A stretch of 28,283 nucleotides of DNA from Promethearchaeota archaeon (GCA_030599585.1 JAUVNS010000030.1:1-28283); one strand, 5' to 3'. Counted from the stretch's first letter, positions 1-8,356 are shown. The notes: generated by a model not told the origin, from the sequence alone. Numbers and translations are program-made.

Positions 1-358
1 CTACGCGATACACATCTAAATCCATAACAATGTCGATGTATCCTTTAATTGTCTTATTGTTGTACACGCTGTAATTCGCGTCGTAATAAGTCGTTCGGGT
101 TTCTCTAAGCATCGTGTTATCGCTTTCGTTATACCAGCTATGTTTCGATTCTATAATATCCGAATAGGTGCCTGTGAAATTAATGATGTTCGAGTCGCCC
201 GACCACACGCGATCCAGCGTAAAGTGATAAGTTGTTTCTTGCCAGCTGTAATCTACGGTTGGTACGGGATCACCCAATACTAGAATAGGACTAAAACACG
301 ATAATACGAACACGCCCAACAAAACAATCGATTTAATTTTCTTTTTTATCTTGAACAC
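1..358 (-). CDS. 5' part of a secreted/cell-surface glycoprotein (runs off the left edge; not in the ORF track)
   Basis: GTG at 358 opens a frame with no stop to the edge: MFKIKKKIKSIVLLGVFVLSCFSPILVLG|DPVPTVDYSWQETTYHFTLDRVWSGDSNIINFTGTYSD... It has a Sec signal peptide and N-glycosylation sequons NFT, NES, NYS and NKT. GC and C-ending codons are visibly higher than in the rest of the window. Confidence 0.85.
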   Translation of the reverse strand, partial: MFKIKKKIKSIVLLGVFVLSCFSPILVLGDPVPTVDYSWQETTYHFTLDRVWSGDSNIINFTGTYSDIIESKHSWYNESDNTMLRETRTTYYDANYSVYNNKTIKGYIDIVMDLDVYRV

Positions 359-516
359 CTTTTATTTTCTTTTGAACTTTTTTTTTAGTTTTTTTTTATT
401 ATTTGTTTGCTTAACAAGGCCTTGTCAGTTATTTTGATTTTTTTCTTGCTGTTAAAGATTTTATTTTTTTTTCTTGTTTTATTTTTTTTTCCTAATGATT
501 TAATACTGATTAAATA

Positions 517-543
517 GGGTAAAATACTATTTAAATCTTACCC
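517..543 (-). promoter_or_regulatory. TATA box for the 1..358 gene, bracketed by a GGGTAA...TTACCC inverted repeat
   Basis: The minus strand reads TAAGATTTAAATAGT (TTTAAATA TATA box). GGGTAA is at 517-522 and TTACCC at 538-543. Confidence 0.55.
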
Positions 544-550
544 AAAATAC

Positions 551-616
551 GCAACCAAATGGTTTCATAGGTAAAATTGCTTGCAATCAAATGATTACAT
601 GAAACCAAATAGTTGC
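551..616. promoter_or_regulatory. Three copies of an 18-bp semi-palindromic operator
   Basis: GCAACCAAATGGTTTCAT (551-568), GCAATCAAATGATTACAT (583-600) and, on the minus strand, GCAACTATTTGGTTTCAT (599-616). Confidence 0.7.
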
Positions 617-718
617 AAGAGTAATAAAATCTCCTAAATCGGATTAAGGATGAAATTATTGATCTATACTATAAATAGAAATAATATTTATAAAGAAAAT
701 TGAGTTTTAAAACGAAAT

Positions 719-1291
719 TCAAAATGAAGCATTCTTGTTGTTAAAATTTTCAATAAAATCTTTGCTTGATTCAATTAATATTTGGCGAATTCTCTCGCAA
801 ATGTTTTTCAAACTAGATTCTGAAACGAAATCTCTCCCAAATTCGCGTAAAATTACGTCCTTAATAGGATCGTCTTGATACAGAACCAATTTCTCAGTAA
901 ACTCTGAAACTATTAGCGACATTGTTCTAAACGAAGCTTTATTTTTTCCATCTCTTCTCAGTTTCTTTATCCACATCTGCTCGAGCTCGGAAAGGTAAGA
1001 ACACGCTAAGGTGTAAATAAAATCCACTCCTTTTGCAGTAATATCGATAACTCGTTTTCCCTCTCCCCAATGACTCTCTATCAGTTGTTTGTTTTCCAAC
1101 TTATCTAAATACTTTGAGACGACTTGGTGTTTTTTGTAATTAAAGTGATACATAATGTCTTTAATATAAGTTGGCTTTCCTTTATCATTGTTATTTTTTA
1201 TTAACTTTAAAAATTTAATTGACAACGGAGCTAACTTAATACCAAATCCATTTTGAGACAAATTATTTGATATCGTCATTTTTTCTCTCAC
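719..1291 (-). CDS. Winged helix-turn-helix (MarR-like) transcriptional regulator with C-terminal extension
   Basis: YIKDIMYHFNYKKHQVVSKYLDKLENKQLIESHWGEGKRVIDITAKG matches the wHTH pattern (VS..L..LE...LI ... I.IT.KG). Confidence 0.75.
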   Translation of the reverse strand: MREKMTISNNLSQNGFGIKLAPLSIKFLKLIKNNNDKGKPTYIKDIMYHFNYKKHQVVSKYLDKLENKQLIESHWGEGKRVIDITAKGVDFIYTLACSYLSELEQMWIKKLRRDGKNKASFRTMSLIVSEFTEKLVLYQDDPIKDVILREFGRDFVSESSLKNICERIRQILIESSKDFIENFNNKNASF

Positions 1292-1825
1292 TCAAAAACT
1301 ATTATATTATCATTCTAATTTTTAGTAAAAAAATGCATATTCAAAAGATAAATTTAAAGAGTCATTACATTTCTTTAAAAGATCGGATCGGTTTAAACCA
1401 AAGATACTCGTATCTCACCTCAGCTGTTAGAAAATTTGCACTTTGATAGATCTTAGTTCTAAGAAATTCCGAACGAGCCTAATTTTTCAAGGTAAACTTT
1501 TGCAAATCCAACTGGCGCAATTGCTGATTGATTTTTCTTTAAGTCTTTGTATTTTTCAGATTTACGAAAATCACCGCTTTTATTTTCTGAGTGGGATTTT
1601 AAGAAAACCCTATTTAAATTACTACAAGTTTCATAACCAAAAGGGTTAAAGTAAAGCTCACTTTTTTTCAATTTTAGCATCTCTTACTCGCAAATTATCT
1701 TTATCCGAAATACATCCATTTGTCTTCTATATTTTTTGTAGTTATCATTGTTTAAGAAAGAACCCTAAAACACATACAATTCAATAAGCTCTAAATATGT
1801 TGATCTAAGCGCAAAAAAAGAAAAT

Positions 1826-2923
1826 TTGTATAGAAAGGTAAATTCAGAGTCTAATTTCAATGAAAATTCCTTTGAAAAAACGAAAGAAAATATAGATAGA
1901 GTATTTGTGGCAAAAGTACTAGGAGTCTCAATGTATCCCTTATTAAAACCAGGGACAGATGTTCTTTTAAAAACAATGCCACAAGGCTATAAATATAAAA
2001 CGGGAGATATCATCGTTTTTAGTAGGGATAAAATAAATATTATTCATCAAATTATAGATAGCTACGTTTATAACGGCATGACATATTATGTCACAGGCGG
2101 TTTAAATCCTGATACAAATCCATATGTAGACAGTTCAACTATATCAGAAGAACAAATTATAGGGAAGGCTGATGTATCTAAAGAAGCTTTAGCAGGGATT
2201 GATGAACTTGTTAAGCAAGGAAAAGTCCATTTTATTGGAGCTTTTGGGATGATTAATTATGGCGATTCAGATGCCTATAGATCTGTCTTTGAATATGGAT
2301 TTAATAATTTACGTGAGCAAATTGATACATTTGATAAATCCTATAAATTAAAACTATTAAATGAATTTCTAAAAGCAAATCTTTTCGATACACTTGTAAA
2401 ATACTCTCAATATAAGGAAAATGAATATAAAAAATATGCAGAAAAAGATGGAGTAATAAAAAACATTCATAATCCAGCATGGAATAATGATGATAATGCA
2501 AAAAGAGTACAGCGACTATTATGGGGGATTTTGACCGATTTTCGACATCCACTTACAGGAGAAAAAGTAGAAAGTCTTGAAGAATGGTTATCCTTCCCAC
2601 TGCATCATTGGAGAACAGCAAGTGGACAGCGGAATAATAAATTTGACTGCAGATTTTTATCACTAATTGTATTACCTCAGAGTAATAAATATGGTGGTGA
2701 TGGACATTCTAAAATTACAAGACAAATAGACATCGATGAAAAAAATAATAATATAAACAAAATAGGGCTTAAATGGGAAAATCAAATAGGAGAGGCAATC
2801 AAGTCAATTCTAGATGGCAAAGCACCCTCTGAAGGATGGAATTCTGCAGATCAAGAAGCATTTGAATCTTATGCTGAGTCAATTGAGGAAGTTAGAGAGC
2901 TAATAAAAATGTTCATAACATAA
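1826..2923 (+). CDS. Orphan polymorphic-toxin C-terminal cassette: S26 (Sec11-type) peptidase domain + HNH-like nuclease
   Basis: GVSMYP (Ser35), GDIIVF, IIHQI (His74), YVTGGLN, VDS and IIGK match S26 boxes, with no TM anchor. The C-terminal PLHHW..NNKFD..SLIVL..GHSKI is HNH-like. The frame is open from 1769 with only a TTG start and no clear RBS. Confidence 0.7.
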   Translation: MYRKVNSESNFNENSFEKTKENIDRVFVAKVLGVSMYPLLKPGTDVLLKTMPQGYKYKTGDIIVFSRDKINIIHQIIDSYVYNGMTYYVTGGLNPDTNPYVDSSTISEEQIIGKADVSKEALAGIDELVKQGKVHFIGAFGMINYGDSDAYRSVFEYGFNNLREQIDTFDKSYKLKLLNEFLKANLFDTLVKYSQYKENEYKKYAEKDGVIKNIHNPAWNNDDNAKRVQRLLWGILTDFRHPLTGEKVESLEEWLSFPLHHWRTASGQRNNKFDCRFLSLIVLPQSNKYGGDGHSKITRQIDIDEKNNNINKIGLKWENQIGEAIKSILDGKAPSEGWNSADQEAFESYAESIEEVRELIKMFIT

Positions 2924-2969
2924 GATACAAAGTTCATGGCAAAATTAAAATTGGAGTAGAAATAAGTTA

Positions 2970-2977
2970 TTTTTTTT
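2970..2977 (+). terminator. Oligo-T archaeal-type terminator after the toxin cassette
   Basis: T8 tract about 47 nt after the stop at 2923. Confidence 0.35.
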
Positions 2978-3044
2978 AAAAAATGTAAATACTTATTATA
3001 TGTAAAAAAAAAAGTATAATTGATTATTAGAGGAAATTTAAGGT

Positions 3045-3863
3045 ATGGATCGTAAGGTATTAGTGAGTGAAGAACTCAAAATCATCGAAGATATTGAAGC
3101 TGAAACAGATAAAGAAGTATATATTCAGGTTAATAAGAACAATAGAATTAAAACATTAAGAATAAAAGAATGTGGTTTAAATCATATTCCTAAGAATATA
3201 CATAGATTAGAATTTTTAGAATCACTTGTCATTAAAGAAAAGAATCTCTCAGAATTACCAAATTCAATTGGAAGTTTATCAAGGTTAGAAAATTTAGTCA
3301 TTTATCAAAGTAGTATTAAGAATGTAGCTGAATCTATAGTTAATTTAACGAATCTTAAACAATTGCGGCTTGTGAATAGTGAAATAGAAGACTTTCCCAA
3401 GCAAATTTGTGCACTTCCAATTTTAAAAGTTCTTGATCTAAACCAAAATAAAATACAAGAACTTCCCGAATGTATAGGAGATTTAATTAATCTTACTAAT
3501 ATATTTTTAAATAATAATAAATTAAGTTCGCTTCCCGATTCTATCTGTTTTCTTACAAATTTGAATAAACTTGTTCTTGATAATAATCAAATAGCGAATC
3601 TCCCTGAAAATATTGGAGATATGAGTAGTTTAGATCACTTAACATTAAATAACAATAAACTTGAGCAACTTCCGGATTCACTTGTTAGTTTAAAAGGGTT
3701 AGACTATTTAGAATTGAATAATAATCATTTTAAAGAATTTCCAGTGGTCCTTAAAAAGTTAGACTTACTCAGTTGGCTTCAGCTTTCTGGAAATCAAATA
3801 CAAGAATTCCCAAAAAAGGTGGGACATGCAAAATTAGTTGGAAATGGTGTGTATGAAGAATAA
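3045..3863 (+). CDS. Leucine-rich repeat protein (candidate immunity protein)
   Basis: About ten 23-aa repeats of type LxxLxLxxNxLxxLPxxIxxLxx. ATG with upstream GAGG/AAGGT and a TTATTATA element. Confidence 0.92.
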   Translation: MDRKVLVSEELKIIEDIEAETDKEVYIQVNKNNRIKTLRIKECGLNHIPKNIHRLEFLESLVIKEKNLSELPNSIGSLSRLENLVIYQSSIKNVAESIVNLTNLKQLRLVNSEIEDFPKQICALPILKVLDLNQNKIQELPECIGDLINLTNIFLNNNKLSSLPDSICFLTNLNKLVLDNNQIANLPENIGDMSSLDHLTLNNNKLEQLPDSLVSLKGLDYLELNNNHFKEFPVVLKKLDLLSWLQLSGNQIQEFPKKVGHAKLVGNGVYEE

Positions 3864-4055
3864 TAAACTTACCTTTAACTTCAAGAATTAGGAATATTAA
3901 ATCGGAAGTGATTTTTAAATCCATCTGTTTCACTATATCCTTTTTCTCTCTATTCTCCCTCCCCCTTGGTGCCCCCTTCCTTAAAGATTTATGAGATTAA
4001 TCTCTTAAGTCTTATTCAATTCCCACAAGGGATTATTTTCTAAACAATTAAGCTT

Positions 4056-4571
4056 TTAGATAATCATTTCTACATGCTGACATAACTTTTCTATGAAATA
4101 ATTAGCAACATTATCGGTTATAATACCCTCAATATACCAATCTTCAAATTCTTCATCAGTTCCTTTTTCTTTTAAAATATTTTTAAAATAATCTGTAAAA
4201 ATTATTCTCATTAAACCTGATTCTTTCATTTCAATATATTTTTTGTTTGCTAACATCCCAAAATTCTTTACATTCCTTATTTTCGAGCTTTTATTACCTG
4301 TAAAATCCTCACTAAAAGGAGTATTAAATCTTATTAATGGTTTTATTTCTATTCTAAATCCTCTTATTAAGATTGATCTACAATACGATACATACCAGAT
4401 ACCCATTATACCATAATCTTCCATAGCTCCCCTTTTCTTTCTTAATAAAAAAATCGTTCCCGGTTCGATTCTCTTTGTAAATTCAAATCGTTGATTAAGC
4501 AATATATCATTATATTCTTCTTCTCTCACATTCAATAAGCTTACGTCTCTCAGAGAATCTAAGTCAATCAT
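4056..4571 (-). CDS. Hypothetical protein, possible EVE/PUA-like domain
   Basis: IEPGTIFLLR...YGIMGIWYV...IEIKPLIRFNTPF resembles the EVE pattern (I.PGD.ll ... gi.G...V ... i...pl..F..P). Confidence 0.45.
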   Translation of the reverse strand: MIDLDSLRDVSLLNVREEEYNDILLNQRFEFTKRIEPGTIFLLRKKRGAMEDYGIMGIWYVSYCRSILIRGFRIEIKPLIRFNTPFSEDFTGNKSSKIRNVKNFGMLANKKYIEMKESGLMRIIFTDYFKNILKEKGTDEEFEDWYIEGIITDNVANYFIEKLCQHVEMII

Positions 4572-4625
4572 TTTGAATACTCTTCTATATAAATTATTAA
4601 ATTTTAAAAAAAATATAATTACTAG

Positions 4626-5885
4626 TTATAAATTTATCCCTATATTTCTTGAATTAACTAAGTTTGAAAATCTGTCTTCTGTTTTCATCTCATTTTTACT
4701 TGATTTATTTTTTATCTTTCTATTTTTTAGTAATAAAGTTTTATATGCCAATAAGCATTCATCTTGCACAATTTTTTCTTCAGAAAAAATGGCGTAAAAT
4801 AAAACAGATATAGGTTTGATTTTTAATTCCTTCGCGATAATCGGTGCCTTTTCGAATGGATCAGCTCTAATTGCTAACCATCTTTCTATAATCTTATGTC
4901 TTTCCATCATCAAATTCAGATATAAAGCCGTTGATTCAATCCTTGTTTCCATATCAGTTGAGTATCTACACAATGCTGCGACTGTGCTTGGATTTAATTT
5001 TTTAAGCTTCGCTAGCTTTTTGATTATTTTTATTGATGTTAATTGTGGATACTCCTTTCTAAGTTTAAGCAAATCTGGCGTTATATTATGCTTCTTTTCT
5101 TGTATTTCCCCATAAGCCTTAATAGCATTTAATCTTATTATTCTATCAGTACTATATCTAGCACTCGAGGCAACAGTAGCAGGGCTAATTTTTTTTTTTT
5201 TTGCAATGGCTATAATTACTTCCATCGCTGACAATTCATATCTTTCTTTTTTTAATCTTTGCCACTGTTTTGTAATTTCAAGTCTTTTTTCATACAACAG
5301 CTTATAAATCTTATTTGCTTCTGATGCTATATCACGATCTGGTGATTTCATTCCGTATAAGGCCACCGATAAAGGATCTAAACATAAGTCTTCGCTTATA
5401 AAGGAAAGGAGGTTTTCAAACTCAATAGAACTGTCTTGTTCAGTATATTTTGCCCATAAAATGGTACATAATAGAATTTTTATTGGCTTTTGGAAGGGTA
5501 TTCTACCTCTCTTCAATCTATTATGTTTCAAATAAATGTCCATCTGCTTTAGTTCAGTATCAATAAATTCTACAATATCCCTTAGATCTCTATTATTTAT
5601 CAAATAATTCTGATAATATGAAATATTTTCTTTATTTCTTTTTAAATTAAATTCAAAACTAACTAATAGTCTATTCTTTCTATGTATTCCTATAAAAAAA
5701 GCATTATTTATTGATAGAATAATGATTTCGAATCCTTTCTTTATAATCTTCTCGAGATAAAAATAACCCTTTACCTCTTTTATATTTAAAAAACGAAAAA
5801 AAGTCCCAACATTGAATTTAGACTTAAATTCCCTATTCTCAAGAGATCCCCAAAATTTTTTTGATAAAATTATTCTATTAATCAT
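4626..5885 (-). CDS. Basic hypothetical protein with four ~64-aa helical HTH-like repeats
   Basis: 419-aa ORF. Repeat cores: ISEDLCLDPLSVALYGMKSPD, IAKKKKISPATVASSARYSTD, LAKLKKLNPSTVAALCRYSTD, IAKELKIKPISVLFYAIFSEE. Confidence 0.8.
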   Translation of the reverse strand: MINRIILSKKFWGSLENREFKSKFNVGTFFRFLNIKEVKGYFYLEKIIKKGFEIIILSINNAFFIGIHRKNRLLVSFEFNLKRNKENISYYQNYLINNRDLRDIVEFIDTELKQMDIYLKHNRLKRGRIPFQKPIKILLCTILWAKYTEQDSSIEFENLLSFISEDLCLDPLSVALYGMKSPDRDIASEANKIYKLLYEKRLEITKQWQRLKKERYELSAMEVIIAIAKKKKISPATVASSARYSTDRIIRLNAIKAYGEIQEKKHNITPDLLKLRKEYPQLTSIKIIKKLAKLKKLNPSTVAALCRYSTDMETRIESTALYLNLMMERHKIIERWLAIRADPFEKAPIIAKELKIKPISVLFYAIFSEEKIVQDECLLAYKTLLLKNRKIKNKSSKNEMKTEDRFSNLVNSRNIGINL

Positions 5886-5945
5886 CTTAAATATCCCAAA
5901 CGAATATAAATATTTAAAATTTTTGATTATTTTTTTTTATAATAA

Positions 5946-6611
5946 AGAATAAAGAATACTCATCCTGGAAGAAATTTCTTAAGTAATTTATTCCAAAATT
6001 ATCGAGTAGGTATTAAAAATCCTCTTTATCATATAAAAATCAATGAGATTTTCGTAAATAAATTTTTATGGAATAGATTCCCTGTAGAATTTTTCCGCTT
6101 ATATCAGCTTTTTAATAAGGATTTATTTCTGAAATTGCCTTTAGGTACCCAGTTTTCAATCGCAAAAACTATTGGAATAATTGAAACTGAAAGAATTGGA
6201 ATAAGAATTATAAATAAAGGTGAGAGCTCAGAAAAAATAGTTATTACTACAAGTGGTAAAATTTATTGGTTGGAATTAGGAAATCCTGATGGGGGTATGG
6301 AACATATTTTATATCCTAGATTAGATTTTGAAGGTTTCACTAATCTTAATTCTCATCCCAGAGGTCATTTTCAAGATTTTTATAATTTAGGGTATAAAAC
6401 CAAAGAACAGATAGCGGAATTAATATTAGATACGCTTAGAACAAAAGAATATATATCTATAAGAGGTGACAAGGGAAACTTACTTGTATTTAAATTTGTA
6501 AGAAATGATGGTAGTCACTGGTATTTAGCAGTTGCTGTTGGTTTCAATGGTTATATTGTATCCGCATATCAATATAATCAACAACAAGGAGATAATTTAT
6601 ATAAAGAATAA
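5946..6611 (+). CDS. Orphan toxin tip, BECR-fold RNase-like (ORF track 6135-6611; frame open from 5946)
   Basis: GKIYWLELGNPDGGMEHI...HFQDF..LG...LAVAVGFNGYIVSAY matches the WLE.G....G..HI...H...F ... V.VG.NG.IV.A signature seen in RHS/CDI-type toxin C-termini. No in-frame ATG lies upstream of the toxin motif. Confidence 0.65.
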   Translation, partial: RIKNTHPGRNFLSNLFQNYRVGIKNPLYHIKINEIFVNKFLWNRFPVEFFRLYQLFNKDLFLKLPLGTQFSIAKTIGIIETERIGIRIINKGESSEKIVITTSGKIYWLELGNPDGGMEHILYPRLDFEGFTNLNSHPRGHFQDFYNLGYKTKEQIAELILDTLRTKEYISIRGDKGNLLVFKFVRNDGSHWYLAVAVGFNGYIVSAYQYNQQQGDNLYKE

Positions 6612-6642
6612 GACTTATATTTAATTAATTGAGGTTTAGATA

Positions 6643-6960
6643 ATGGAAATTATAATAAAATCTGTTGGAATTGGAGCGAAACATGAAGGTTATAACCCAT
6701 ATCTTTACATATTAGCTAAACTTAGGAGTGGAAAAGAAATTACATTATTTCTTTTCTTTACATATTTAACTCCCGATCCAGTTTACCACCTCGTTATGCT
6801 TCAAAGCTTTATGAATTCTGAATTAATCGAAAATCGCTTAAACTTCTACAGAATGGAAGCTATTCCAGGAAACGATATGGGAGAAATTTATACATATCCC
6901 AAGCTTTTAAATTCGTCTTACTCAGTTTTTATTTATCTCAAATTTAGAAATCCAAAATGA
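6643..6960 (+). CDS. Small protein directly after the toxin tip; candidate immunity protein, possibly 3'-chimeric
   Basis: ATG with GAGGT RBS at 6631-6635, 31 nt after the toxin stop. Confidence 0.55.
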   Translation: MEIIIKSVGIGAKHEGYNPYLYILAKLRSGKEITLFLFFTYLTPDPVYHLVMLQSFMNSELIENRLNFYRMEAIPGNDMGEIYTYPKLLNSSYSVFIYLKFRNPK

Positions 6961-7083
6961 AGTTTGGTTAAAATTAATCATCAATTTAATCGAGGGTTTT
7001 GAAAGTACTTAAATCTTTAAAATTAAGAAAATAAAACAAATTCTTAAGTTCTTAAAATGCCCAACCTGAGATCAAAATTTTAC

Positions 7084-7113
7084 ACTGGGTGAATTTTTGG
7101 CAGCACAAATAAT
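7084..7113 (+). repeat. 30-bp direct repeat, copy 1
   Basis: ACTGGGTGAATTTTTGGCAGCACAAATAAT; 28/30 identical to 7864-7893. Confidence 0.9.
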
Positions 7114-7157
7114 TTCTTTAGGACAGGTTTTTTAAAAAAAAGAGTTAATTAATTCTA

Positions 7158-7634
7158 TTAAATGATATTAATAAGGTCATCTAACACGCTAACATCATTA
7201 TTTTCTTTTTGAGCTGCAGGATATCCCTCGGAATAATAAGCTTCTATAGGATTGTTAACCCTACTAATTTTAAATTGTTGATGATGATCCCCCCGTGGTG
7301 GTGTAAGATGGATTTTATATAATCCTTTTACAATAATGTTTCCATCTCCTGTGGGTCTAACATCGTAGACAAAACCCATATCTTCAAATCTTTTACGAGC
7401 TTTAAGTAATAGAGACACAATCTCCTTTGCTTTCTTATTTTCCTGTTCTTCATTCAAACTTATTTTTTTATACGACTTAAGCTTTGCTTTAAAGCTTAAT
7501 CTTGGAAATAATGCTTTCCCTTTTCGTTTCATAAAAAAATCAATAATCTCAAGGACCGCTGCTACTGTAGCTATGATTGAACAGATCACTATTATGATAT
7601 CTAACACTGACATTATCTTAGTTTCTACCTCCAT
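7158..7634 (-). CDS. Membrane-anchored hypothetical protein
   Basis: N-terminal TM helix (VLDIIIVICSIIATVAAVLEII) followed by a basic segment; 158 aa. Confidence 0.8.
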   Translation of the reverse strand: MEVETKIMSVLDIIIVICSIIATVAAVLEIIDFFMKRKGKALFPRLSFKAKLKSYKKISLNEEQENKKAKEIVSLLLKARKRFEDMGFVYDVRPTGDGNIIVKGLYKIHLTPPRGDHHQQFKISRVNNPIEAYYSEGYPAAQKENNDVSVLDDLINII

Positions 7635-7863
7635 TTATTTATTTTTAAATATTTTCTTATTTTTCGATATTGTTTTTAATTAAATTAAATAGTTCTACTT
7701 AAAGGAATTTATCCAACTATTTAATATCTTCTATAAAATGAATTGTTTATTAAAAAGAATTCTACATATTTAAATATTTTCGATGTCACATTATAATTAT
7801 CAATAATTTAATAATTCTAATATCAAAGGTTAATAAGAAATAAGATAATATGACCAAAGCTTT

Positions 7864-7893
7864 ACTGGGAGAATTTTTGGCAGCACAAATTAT
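7864..7893 (+). repeat. 30-bp direct repeat, copy 2
   Basis: ACTGGGAGAATTTTTGGCAGCACAAATTAT, 780 bp from copy 1. Confidence 0.9.
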
Positions 7894-8356
7894 AACCGAC
7901 AAAAAAAGATACTTTTTTTAATTCTGCAAAATCATAATGACTTACGGATGGAGATTGAAACTCTATATTTTTGGTTACAGTGAAAAGAAAATTTAGCAGT
8001 AAATTTATTGTAAAAATAACTTTTAAATTTAAAAATAGCTGATTTTCATATAGTTACAATTGAGATAATCGAAAAAGAAGATCAAAAATATGTGTGTACA
8101 AATAATACATCAAGACTTTTCCAACTTAATGTTTTTATCATTGTTTTTTAAGATATATCTCTAATTTTAAGCATTTATTAAATCAGTAAATCATCATCAA
8201 TGCATTACATTCCTAAGACTCAGAGGGGTGAGTGAATGGTATTGAAAAATGAGAATTTAAATACAACTTAATTCACTATGTATTTGCACTTGATTTACAT
8301 TAAAATTCAGGTGTAATTCAAATTAAAAGATAAAAATGTAGAAATTAAACGAAGGA

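Noticed and set aside
1443-1680. Overlapping short ORFs 1443-1649 (+) and 1459-1680 (-)
   Set aside because: No RBS or recognisable domain. The minus frame may be a remnant (APVGFAK faintly recalls phage methyltransferase C-termini), but the evidence is too thin.
1904-2173. Housekeeping signal peptidase I (Sec11)
   Set aside because: No N-terminal TM anchor, altered HR and KGDN boxes (HQ, GGLN), no proper start, and fused to a nuclease-like domain.
7084-7893. CRISPR array
   Set aside because: Only two repeat copies, 780 bp apart with a whole gene between them; no cas genes.
7938-7980. Degenerate tRNA 3' half / att site on the minus strand
   Set aside because: Only a vague T-loop-like GTTTCAATC; the stems do not pair.
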